This document shows, piece by piece, positions 26,202-33,930 of a DNA stretch of 33,930 nt; position 1 is the first letter of the stretch, and the number at the start of each line of letters is the position of its first letter. The notes beneath the pieces were generated by a model. The model did no database searches. It saw nothing but the letters and a program-made list of their open reading frames with translations, and was not told the DNA's origin. The position numbers and the translations under genes are program-made. The stretch comes from Bacteroidota bacterium (lineage in GTDB: Bacteria > Bacteroidota > Bacteroidia > Chitinophagales > LD1): positions 1 to 33,930 of the forward strand of contig JAQBNQ010000293.1 in the NCBI GenBank assembly GCA_028288545.1, given 5' to 3'.

Positions 26202-26228
26202 CAAAAATAGATTTTTTTGGCAAACATA
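26202..26228 (-). promoter_or_regulatory. Two matches to the Bacteroidota -7 promoter box TAnnTTTG, upstream of the outer-membrane operon
   Basis: On the minus strand these read tatttttg (26209-26202) and tatgtttg (26228-26221), with 35 and 54 nt between the box and the ATG at 26166. I found no convincing -33 TTG element. Confidence 0.35.
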
Positions 26229-26386
26229 GTTAACGAGTTGTTAAAGTCTTGGTAACCCCTGTTATTTTTATCGTCAAAACTTATCGCAAACACTTTAAAC
26301 TACGGTGTGAAGTTAAGCGCAGGGAGTAGTGAATGTCAAATAATAAATGTCATCTTTCTGTCACAAAAAAACGACAGAACGGATTA

Positions 26387-27322
26387 TTAATTATAAATAT
26401 TTCTAATCTTATAAAGGAGTACTTCTGCAATTCTTCTCTTGCTTTCATGTGTCCAACCGGCAATATGTGGGGTAAGAAAAAACTTTTTATTGGCGATAAG
26501 CTGTTCAAATACCAACTTCTCCGCCTCATTCAAATCACCGATTTTTTCATTCTCTAACACATCCAGCGCGGCGGCTATAATTTTTTCTTCAGTAACACAC
26601 TGTATAAGGTCGGTCGTGTTGAGCACCTTGCCGCGGGAAGTATTGACTAACCAAACAGGCTTTTTAAAACTACTTAAAAATTTGTAATCAATCATGTAGG
26701 AAGTTTCGGCCGTTAGGGGCAAATGAAGACTCAATACATCCGCTTCATCAAATATTTGTTGTAGCGGGGCCTGGGTAACATATTTGTCGGTAAAGCCAAC
26801 ATAGTATTTATCGTAGGCCAGTATTTTTACATCAAAACCCCGCAATAGCTTTGCAAATGCCTGCGCATTATTTCCGTAGGCAATTAAGCCAACCGTTTTT
26901 CCTGTAAGTTCATTCCCCCGGTTATCCTCCCGAAGCCATTTGTAATTGCGAACTTCAGCATCAGCTTTAGAAAGATTGTTCATCAGGTTCAGTAACATTC
27001 CTAACGCATGTTCGCCAACTGCAACCCGGTTGCCTTCGGGAGCATTAAAGGCAATTACATTCTTTTGTTTAGCACAATCCAAATCTATTACCTCCAGCCC
27101 CGAGCCGGCCCTGCAAACAAACTTTAGCTGAGTGGCATTATCCAACATTTCCTTTCCTACATATACTTTACTGTTTACCACCAGGCCTTCATAGTCCTTT
27201 ATAGAAGCAAGCACTTGTGCAGGAGTTATTTTGGGCTGGTAGTTCACGTCAAAACCATCATCTTCCAGTCCCTCAACAAGAAGAGGATGCATTTCGTCCG
27301 TTATAAGTATCTTTCTGCTCAC
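26387..27322 (-). CDS. D-isomer-specific 2-hydroxyacid dehydrogenase family protein (SerA/PdxB-like)
   Basis: 311 aa. The catalytic residues are Arg in LVNTSRG, Glu in AALDVLENE and His in TPHIAGWT. The dinucleotide-binding loop reads GLIAYGNNA. The GTG start overlaps the rsmA stop (GTGA, 4-nt overlap). Confidence 0.85.
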   Translation of the reverse strand: MSRKILITDEMHPLLVEGLEDDGFDVNYQPKITPAQVLASIKDYEGLVVNSKVYVGKEMLDNATQLKFVCRAGSGLEVIDLDCAKQKNVIAFNAPEGNRVAVGEHALGMLLNLMNNLSKADAEVRNYKWLREDNRGNELTGKTVGLIAYGNNAQAFAKLLRGFDVKILAYDKYYVGFTDKYVTQAPLQQIFDEADVLSLHLPLTAETSYMIDYKFLSSFKKPVWLVNTSRGKVLNTTDLIQCVTEEKIIAAALDVLENEKIGDLNEAEKLVFEQLIANKKFFLTPHIAGWTHESKRRIAEVLLYKIRNIYN

Positions 27323-28092
27323 GACTTTTGAATAAGATTGGTTAAATCTTCAAACTGCTGCACTGATAGCTGCTCAGGCCGCAAATTGAATACTTCATTT
27401 GTAAGAACCTCTTTTTTGTTGGTCACTTCCTTTAAACTATTTCGCATTGTTTTTCTGCGCTGGTTAAAGGCCGTTTTTACTACCCGTTTAAAAAAGTCCT
27501 CATCGCAATTCAGCGTTTTTGTCGCTCTCCTCTTTAACTGAATTACCCCCGACATTACTTTTGGCGGCGGATCAAAACTTTCGGGCGGAACATCAAAAAG
27601 GTATTGGCAATCATAATAAGCCTGGGCTAATACACTCATCACTCCATAATCTTTACTGCCCGGCTTTGCAGCTATCCTAACCGCCACTTCTTTTTGAAAC
27701 ATACCGGTCATTTGCTCCACCACATCTTTGTGGTCAATCATTTTAAAAACTATCTGCGATGAAATATTGTAAGGAAAATTACCCACCAAATGGCTCGGGT
27801 ATTGCATAAAGCTAAGATCGGTCTGCAAAAAATCTTCGTTGATTATTTTTCCCCTTAATAAAGGATAAGCCTGCTTCAAAAATTCGGCCCAGCGGTCATC
27901 CAACTCAACTACATAAAAATTACCGGGTTTGGCTTTCAGTAAATATTTGGATAAGGCCCCTTTACCGGGACCTATTTCCACCACGGTTTTAAAAGGGCTC
28001 ATATCGCCAATAGCAGCGGCAATTTTCATCAGCACGTCCTCGTCCTTCAAAAAATGCTGCCCTAATGATTTTTTTAAATGATTATCCGCCAC
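27319..28092 (-). CDS. rsmA: 16S rRNA (adenine1518/1519-N6)-dimethyltransferase
   Basis: 257 aa. It has N-terminal LGQHFL, the SAM-binding loop VVEIGPGKGALS and the GNFPYNISS motif. Confidence 0.93.
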   Translation of the reverse strand: MADNHLKKSLGQHFLKDEDVLMKIAAAIGDMSPFKTVVEIGPGKGALSKYLLKAKPGNFYVVELDDRWAEFLKQAYPLLRGKIINEDFLQTDLSFMQYPSHLVGNFPYNISSQIVFKMIDHKDVVEQMTGMFQKEVAVRIAAKPGSKDYGVMSVLAQAYYDCQYLFDVPPESFDPPPKVMSGVIQLKRRATKTLNCDEDFFKRVVKTAFNQRRKTMRNSLKEVTNKKEVLTNEVFNLRPEQLSVQQFEDLTNLIQKS

Positions 28093-28118
28093 GGCATAAA
28101 AATAAGATTAATGAAATG

Positions 28119-28149
28119 CCTACCCCACCTAACCTCCCCAAAGAGGAGG
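28119..28149. repeat. REP-like hairpin element, copy 1 (reverse orientation)
   Basis: The sequence is cctaccccacctaacctccccaaagaggagg. Its hairpin is cctcccc/aaa/gaggagg (6 of 7 bp). Its reverse complement resembles copy 2. Confidence 0.5.
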
Positions 28150-28204
28150 AATTAAAGACAAGTATATCATACTAAAATAAGCTTACAAAGTGATCTGGTA
28201 TTGG

Positions 28205-28237
28205 CTCCTCTCCTTTGGAGAGGCGGGGAAGAGGTGG
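28205..28237. repeat. REP-like hairpin element, copy 2
   Basis: The sequence is ctcctctcctttggagaggcggggaagaggtgg. It has a perfect 7-bp hairpin, cctctcc (28207-28213) / ttt / ggagagg (28217-28223), followed by a G-rich tail. Confidence 0.5.
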
Positions 28238-28278
28238 CTATTATGTTTTAACTATATTAGCCGCCCTAAACCCAGTTT

Positions 28279-29712
28279 ATGAACGTGTTACTAGCCACTT
28301 GTAAAGATTACAAACAATTTAACAACCAAATAATTCTGATTGATAATGCCACCAGGCTATCCACGCTTGGTTTATCAAAGGAAGATACAGATGCGGCCCA
28401 AAGCTTCTTTGACAATAAGGTAAATCACATTTATCAAAAAACAGCAGGTAACCAGTTGCTTAGCATTGTTAAGATTGACTCGGCCCGAGAGGAGTTTAAA
28501 ATACTGGAAGAAGCGCGTAAAGCAGGTTACACCCTCAACAAATTTTTGAATAGCCGTAAAATTACCGAAGCCTCTGTTTTTAATGCATCGCGCAAAGTTA
28601 AAGTTGGGCCCGCCTTTGTTGAAGGCTTCGCTTTGAGTAACTACCAGTTTCTTAAATACAAAACCAAAGACAAAAAGGAAAATACTTTTACAACATTACA
28701 TGTAGATTCAAAATCGGTTGATAAAAAAACTCTGGAAGAGATATCTAAACTAACTGCAGCGAATTTCTTCTCGCGCGATCTTATTAATGAACCCCTATCC
28801 TATCTTACTGCAACCCAGTTGAGTGCCGACATTAAAAAAGCAGGTACTGCCAACGGTTTTACCGTTGAAGTTTTTGATAAGAAAAAGATAGAAGCCCTGA
28901 AAATGGGTGGATTGCTGGCCGTAAATAAGGGCAGCATTGACCCACCTACCTTTACCGTTTTAGAATACAAACCAAGCCGGAAAAAGAATAAAAAGCCCAT
29001 TGTTTTAGTGGGTAAGGGAGTTGTGTATGATACGGGCGGATTGAGCTTAAAGCCTACGCCTAATAGCATGGACATGATGAAGTGCGACATGAGCGGCGCT
29101 GCAGCTGTAGCGGGAATTTTTCAGGCAGTAGCAACGCTTAAACTGCCAATTCACTTAATTGGATTGATACCTGCAACTGACAACCGCCCCGGAATGAACG
29201 CTTATGTACCTGGTGATGTGGTTGCCATGATGAGCGGCCTGAACGTTGAAATGCTGAACGCCGACGCGGAAGGAAGAATGATACTTGCCGATGCATTACA
29301 CTACGCTAAACAATACAACCCGGAATTGGTTATTGACTTTGCAACGCTTACCGGTGCCGCTGTTAGGGCTATTGGTTCAGTAGCAACTGCGTACATGGGT
29401 ACGGCCGGCAATGTTGTAAAAAGGAAACTGGAAAACAGCGCCGATAATGTTTACGAGCGTCTGATACATTTTCCGTTATGGGATGAATATGGCGACTGGA
29501 TAAAGAGCGATGTAGCGGATATAAAAAATGTAGGCCCCGGCGAAGAAGGACATATTACCGCAGGTAAATTTTTGGAACACTTTACCGATTACCCATGGCT
29601 GCACCTTGACATTGCCGGAACTGCTTACCTGATGAAGGAAGACAGCTACCGTGGTAAATACGGAACTGCAGTTGGAGTTAGAATGATCATTGATTTTTTG
29701 AAAAATTATTAA
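28279..29712 (+). CDS. pepA: Leucyl aminopeptidase, M17 family
   Basis: 477 aa. It contains VGKGVVYDTGGLSLKP and the M17 signature NADAEGRMILADAL. Confidence 0.9.
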   Translation: MNVLLATCKDYKQFNNQIILIDNATRLSTLGLSKEDTDAAQSFFDNKVNHIYQKTAGNQLLSIVKIDSAREEFKILEEARKAGYTLNKFLNSRKITEASVFNASRKVKVGPAFVEGFALSNYQFLKYKTKDKKENTFTTLHVDSKSVDKKTLEEISKLTAANFFSRDLINEPLSYLTATQLSADIKKAGTANGFTVEVFDKKKIEALKMGGLLAVNKGSIDPPTFTVLEYKPSRKKNKKPIVLVGKGVVYDTGGLSLKPTPNSMDMMKCDMSGAAAVAGIFQAVATLKLPIHLIGLIPATDNRPGMNAYVPGDVVAMMSGLNVEMLNADAEGRMILADALHYAKQYNPELVIDFATLTGAAVRAIGSVATAYMGTAGNVVKRKLENSADNVYERLIHFPLWDEYGDWIKSDVADIKNVGPGEEGHITAGKFLEHFTDYPWLHLDIAGTAYLMKEDSYRGKYGTAVGVRMIIDFLKNY

Positions 29713-29721
29713 GCCTGTATA

Positions 29722-30774
29722 ATGGAAGAAAGAAGATATAACGTAGGCATTACCATAGGCGATTATAATGGCGTGGGCCCGGAAGTAATTATTAAAACGC
29801 TGCAGGACGAACGCATTTTTCGCTTTTGTTCGGTGGTGATATATGGACAGAAGAGCATTATTTCGTTTTACGCCAAGCATTTTAAAATACAGAATTTTAA
29901 TGTGCAGGAAGTAAAGGACACAAGCACTTTGAATCCGAAGTTACCGAACATTATTAACTGCTGGACAGAACAGGCGCAAATTGAGCCGGGGCAAATGACT
30001 AATGAGGCTGGCACCCGTGCTATGCTTTGTTTAAATGAGGGCATTAAAGACCTTATTGCAGGAAATATTGATGTACTGGTAACCGGCCCGGTAAATAAAA
30101 GCACTATCAGCGTACATCAACCGGATTTTAAGGGACAGACAGAATATATATCCAAAGCGGCAGGTAATGAAAATTCAATGATGCTATTGGTTGATGACAA
30201 TCTGCGGGTTGGCCTTGTTACCAATCATCTTTCATTAAAAGATGTAGCAAGTAAAATTGACATCAACCTTATTTTAAGCAAACTGGATATTTTAAACCAA
30301 TCGCTTAAACAGGATTTTCTGATAAGCAAGCCGCGCATTGCGGTATTGGGATTAAATCCTCATGCAGGAGATAATTCTTTACTTGGTAAGGAAGAAAAAG
30401 ATATCATAGCGCCGGCAGTTAACCGTGCTAAGGAAAAAGGAATGATCGTAGTAGGTCCGTTCTCGGCTGATGGATTTTTTGGCGCTCATCACTACCGCAA
30501 GTTTGATGCGGTGCTGGCCATGTATCACGATCAGGGACTGGTGGCTTTTAAAACACTTTCGTTTGGAACAGGAGTTAACTATACCGGCGGCTTAAATATT
30601 GTCCGCACCTCGCCCGACCACGGAACAGGTTATGATATCGCCGGAAAGGATATCGCTAACGGGGACTCGCTGCGCAATGCCATTTTTACAGGATTAGACA
30701 TCGTTAAAAACCGTGAGAAGTATAAGGAAATGACCGCCCACCCTGTTGAACGGGTTACGCTGGATAAGGAATAA
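29722..30774 (+). CDS. pdxA: 4-hydroxythreonine-4-phosphate dehydrogenase
   Basis: 350 aa. It contains GDYNGVGPEV, GLNPHAGDN, AMYHDQGL and RTSPDHGT. It starts 9 nt after pepA. Confidence 0.92.
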   Translation: MEERRYNVGITIGDYNGVGPEVIIKTLQDERIFRFCSVVIYGQKSIISFYAKHFKIQNFNVQEVKDTSTLNPKLPNIINCWTEQAQIEPGQMTNEAGTRAMLCLNEGIKDLIAGNIDVLVTGPVNKSTISVHQPDFKGQTEYISKAAGNENSMMLLVDDNLRVGLVTNHLSLKDVASKIDINLILSKLDILNQSLKQDFLISKPRIAVLGLNPHAGDNSLLGKEEKDIIAPAVNRAKEKGMIVVGPFSADGFFGAHHYRKFDAVLAMYHDQGLVAFKTLSFGTGVNYTGGLNIVRTSPDHGTGYDIAGKDIANGDSLRNAIFTGLDIVKNREKYKEMTAHPVERVTLDKE

Positions 30775-31037
30775 TTAATCCAAAAACAGAGTTTCTACTT
30801 TTTGGCCAATTTGCAAGTAAAATTTTGTTATATTATATTGATAGCCAACAGCTTACCATCAAATCACGGATTTCTAAAACTACCTAAAGCAGAAACTCCT
30901 TTTCAAGCCTGATTAGGCCGAATATTGCATTCAACTGTAAACCGAAAACCGTAAAGTGGAAACAGTTGCGCTTAACCTTAATTAGCAATAAAGCTGAACA
31001 TACTTCGTTTATTTTCGCTCGCTTTTAATTAGCACCC

Positions 31038-33377
31038 ATGTACAAATACCTTTTGTTGTTATTTCTATGCCTTGCCAGTGCAACCGGCTTCGCCCAAAAA
31101 AAATACAGCATAAGCGGTACGGTTAAAGATGTGCAGAATGGCGAGGTGATGATGGGCGCCGTGGTCTATTCCTCAACCGATCCTCAAAACGGTGTAAGTG
31201 TAAATGCTTACGGCTTTTATTCGCTTACGCTATCGGCCGGTCATGATACTATTATAGCGCAGTACATTGGCTATAGCAAAAAAGTTATTGTGTTTGATCT
31301 TCGCCGCGATACTACAATCAATATCGGCATGGGCGAGGTAACTCACCAAATCAGCGAGGTAACGATTAAAGCCGATAAAGATAAAGGCAACAAAAATATT
31401 ACCTCGGCACAAATGGGCGCCGAAACCATGACGGTAAAGGACATTGAAAACATACCCGTATTTTTTGGCGAAAAGGATATTATGAAAACCCTGCAATTAT
31501 TGCCGGGAATTAAATCTGCCGGCGAAGGTAACTCGGGCTTTTATGTGCGTGGCGGTGGAGCAGATCAAAACCTGGTGTTGCTTGATGAGGCGCCGGTTTA
31601 TAATACAGGTCACTTACTTGGTTTTTTCAGCACCTTTAATTCGGATGCCATTAAGGATGTAACCATTTATAAGGGTGGAATGCCTGCGGAATACGGTGGT
31701 CGACTCGCTTCTGTGGTGGATGTAAAAATGAAAGATGGCAACGACCAGAACTATAGTGTTTCGGGAGGTATAGGACTTATTACTTCGCGCCTTACTGTTG
31801 AAGGACCTTTTAAAAAAGGTAAAGGTTCGTTTATTGCTTCGGGGCGTTTTGCATATCCGGGTTTGTTTGCCAAACTATCCAGCAATCCCACAGTAAAAAA
31901 CAGTATCCTTTATTTTTACGATGTAAATCTTAAAGCCAATTATACTTTAGGTGAGCACGACCGTATTTTTGCATCGGGTTACTTTGGCCGCGATGTTTTT
32001 AGCTTCGATAACCGCTTTGGTTTAAACTGGGGCAACATTACAGCCACCGCCCGTTGGAACCACATTTTTAACGACAAGCTTTTTTCCAACACCAGCTTTA
32101 TTTTCAACAACTACAATTATAAGATCCTGGTAGGGCAGGATACCAGCCAGGCTACTATTCTTTCGGGACTGCAGGATATTAACCTAAAGGAAGATCTTAC
32201 ATTTTATCCCAACCGCAAAAACACTTTACACTTCGGATTCAACATTATCTATCACACCTTTATTCCGGGGCAAATAACGGCTCTTAACGAGGACAACAGC
32301 CTTATTAAAAGGAACGTAGAAAGATCGCACTGCTTTGAAAATGCAGTTTACGCTTCCAACGAACAAACTATTGTGCCCTTCTTTAAGATCATATACGGTG
32401 TTCGTCTTTCAATATTCACTGCTATTGGTTCGCAAACCACTTACGGCGGATATGACAACGAAACCGGGAGCCCGACAGATTCATCCATTTACAAAAATGC
32501 TCAGCCTATTGTTAGCTATGTAAATGTTGAACCCCGTGTTTCGATGAATTTTATCATCAACGAACATAACTCCATCAAAATCTCCTATAACCGAAACAGC
32601 CAGTACCTGCACCAGTTAAGTAACACCACATCCACCAACCCTACAGATCTTTGGATACCAACAAGCAAAATCGTTAAGCCCGAAATTGCCGACCAGGTGG
32701 CGCTGGGTTACTTTGGTAACTTTTTTCATGGAGCCTTTCAGCCCTCTATCGAAACTTATTACAAGTACATGCAAAACCAGATCGACTATGCCAGCGGTGC
32801 TGACCTGATCTTAAACAAGTATGTTGAATCGCAGGTAGTACTTGGCAAAGGATGGGCCTATGGAGTGGAAGCCATGGTTAAATTCGACATTTGGAAAATT
32901 CACGGATGGGTGGGTTACGATTGGAGCCGCAGCCAGCGCAAGTTTCCGGATATTGATGGCGGCACTCCATACTATGCAAAACAAGACCGTACCCACGAGC
33001 TATCTATCGTAACTATGTACGACATCAATAAAAAATGGACCGTATCTGCAGTGTGGGTTTTCTATACGGGCAATGCTGTTACATTCCCCAGTGGAAGCTA
33101 CCAGGTAGGTTCCGTTACAGTACCATATTACTCCTCGCGCAATGGCTACCGGATGCCGGATTATCACCGCTTAGACCTTGGAGCCACAGTTCAACTAAAA
33201 AAACATAAGCGTTGGGAACACAACCTGAATATGTCTTTGTACAATGCCTATGGTCGGCGAAATGTGTACTCCATAAACTTTCAACAGGATCCAAAAAATC
33301 CTGCCAACAACCAGGCCGTGGCGCTTTCACTTTTCCGCTGGGTTCCTTCTATTACTTATAATTTCAAATTTTTATAA
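31038..33377 (+). CDS. TonB-dependent receptor with an N-terminal CarboxypepD_reg-like domain
   Basis: 779 aa with signal peptide MYKYLLLLFLCLASATGFAQ. It has ISGTVKDVQNGEVMMGAVVY and the plug sequence LLPGIKSAGEGNSGFYVRGGGADQNLVLLDEAPVYN. The terminal strand is SITYNFKFL. Confidence 0.9.
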   Translation: MYKYLLLLFLCLASATGFAQKKYSISGTVKDVQNGEVMMGAVVYSSTDPQNGVSVNAYGFYSLTLSAGHDTIIAQYIGYSKKVIVFDLRRDTTINIGMGEVTHQISEVTIKADKDKGNKNITSAQMGAETMTVKDIENIPVFFGEKDIMKTLQLLPGIKSAGEGNSGFYVRGGGADQNLVLLDEAPVYNTGHLLGFFSTFNSDAIKDVTIYKGGMPAEYGGRLASVVDVKMKDGNDQNYSVSGGIGLITSRLTVEGPFKKGKGSFIASGRFAYPGLFAKLSSNPTVKNSILYFYDVNLKANYTLGEHDRIFASGYFGRDVFSFDNRFGLNWGNITATARWNHIFNDKLFSNTSFIFNNYNYKILVGQDTSQATILSGLQDINLKEDLTFYPNRKNTLHFGFNIIYHTFIPGQITALNEDNSLIKRNVERSHCFENAVYASNEQTIVPFFKIIYGVRLSIFTAIGSQTTYGGYDNETGSPTDSSIYKNAQPIVSYVNVEPRVSMNFIINEHNSIKISYNRNSQYLHQLSNTTSTNPTDLWIPTSKIVKPEIADQVALGYFGNFFHGAFQPSIETYYKYMQNQIDYASGADLILNKYVESQVVLGKGWAYGVEAMVKFDIWKIHGWVGYDWSRSQRKFPDIDGGTPYYAKQDRTHELSIVTMYDINKKWTVSAVWVFYTGNAVTFPSGSYQVGSVTVPYYSSRNGYRMPDYHRLDLGATVQLKKHKRWEHNLNMSLYNAYGRRNVYSINFQQDPKNPANNQAVALSLFRWVPSITYNFKFL

Positions 33378-33379
33378 GT

Positions 33380-33930
33380 ATGAACAAACTCCGCTTGTTA
33401 CTGCTTATAGTTACTACAGCCGTTATCTTTTCGGCTTGTCAAAGGGTTATTAATATCGACCTTAACACGGCCAACAGCAAAGTGGTGATAGAAGCTTACA
33501 TGACGGACCAGCCCGGCGGCGATACGGTTAAGATAACCCGCACCGGCAGTTATTTTACACCCGGCAACTATCCTGCCGTTACAAATGCCACTGTTGTTAT
33601 TACGGATAATGCAGGGCTTACGGATACTCTCATACAAATAGATAGCGGCAGATACACAGCATCAGGCTTAGCGGGTATTCCAGGCAAAACTTATACTTTA
33701 AAAGTATTTACCGATGGAGTAGAATACGATGCCGTTTCGACCATGCCCGCACCGGTAGAGATTGACAGCGTAGTTCAAATATTTGACAAGGTAATTAACG
33801 CCAACGGTAGTATAGATTCAAACTATCGCATCCGTTGCATTTTTCAGGACCCTGCTGGGTTTGGGAATTTTTACCGGGCGCAACTTGTTGTAAACGGACA
33901 GTTGTATGATAGCCTTGGCAACGTTACTTT
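33380..33930 (+). CDS. DUF4249-like lipoprotein partnered with the TonB-dependent receptor, 3'-truncated by the window edge
   Basis: The ATG is 2 nt after the receptor stop codon, and the frame is open to the end of the window. It is not in the ORF track because no stop codon falls inside the window. A lipoprotein signal is present (LLLLIVTTAVIFSAC). The sequence VVIEAYMTDQPGGDTVKITRT...GKTYTLKVFTDGVEYDA resembles the family usually found after this receptor type. The family call is by resemblance only. Confidence 0.7.
   Translation, partial: MNKLRLLLLIVTTAVIFSACQRVINIDLNTANSKVVIEAYMTDQPGGDTVKITRTGSYFTPGNYPAVTNATVVITDNAGLTDTLIQIDSGRYTASGLAGIPGKTYTLKVFTDGVEYDAVSTMPAPVEIDSVVQIFDKVINANGSIDSNYRIRCIFQDPAGFGNFYRAQLVVNGQLYDSLGNVT

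Noticed and set aside
30775-31037. A possible riboswitch (cobalamin or TPP) in the 263-nt leader of the TonB-dependent receptor, including an 8-nt long-range complementarity (gagtttct with agaaactc).
   Set aside because: I could find no B12 box or TPP-type conserved core sequence. One 8-nt complementarity 100 nt apart is not evidence of structure. An Rfam/Infernal scan would be the proper test.
1-33930. A scan of the whole window for CRISPR arrays, rRNA or tRNA genes, IS elements or transposases, and phage structural genes.
   Set aside because: I saw no regularly spaced direct repeats, no cloverleaf-capable segments in the intergenic regions, and no DDE, serine-recombinase or tyrosine-recombinase-like ORFs. 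The by-eye scan is not exhaustive for small RNAs.

Overview
This window looks like chromosomal DNA from a member of the Bacteroidota, probably Sphingobacteriia- or Chitinophagia-like. The evidence for that placement is T9SS C-terminal sorting domains, CarboxypepD_reg-type TonB-dependent receptors and TAnnTTTG promoter boxes. Most of the window is ordinary. The housekeeping genes are an acyl-CoA dehydrogenase, Fe/Mn superoxide dismutase, tadA, ruvC, a HIT protein, greA, rsmA, an M17 aminopeptidase, pdxA and a 2-hydroxyacid dehydrogenase. They are interleaved with cell-envelope genes: two large T9SS cargo proteins (one cut by the window edge), a beta-helix protein, a tight three-gene outer-membrane operon (17004-26166, minus strand), and a TonB-dependent receptor followed by a DUF4249-like lipoprotein. 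The outer-membrane operon encodes an oversized TonB-receptor-like barrel, a 1415-aa secreted protein with a CTD-like tail, and a PorV-like barrel. I found no rRNA, tRNA, CRISPR array, transposase or integrase. The stand-out region is an AT-rich, same-strand four-ORF block at 8773-12952, lying between the T9SS cargo genes and sodA. It encodes two helical proteins with no motif I recognise (possibly one frameshifted gene). It also encodes a 571-577 aa protein whose N-terminus looks like an Mrr-type PD-(D/E)xK nuclease fused to about 420 aa of unknown helical sequence, and a 137-aa acidic ORF. I propose this block as a candidate uncharacterised defence or conflict module. The proposal rests on composition, gene order and one by-eye domain call, and it needs profile or structure searches and experiments. 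The non-coding DNA after the block holds a duplicated 23-nt palindrome-containing motif that brackets a 25-codon mini-ORF.
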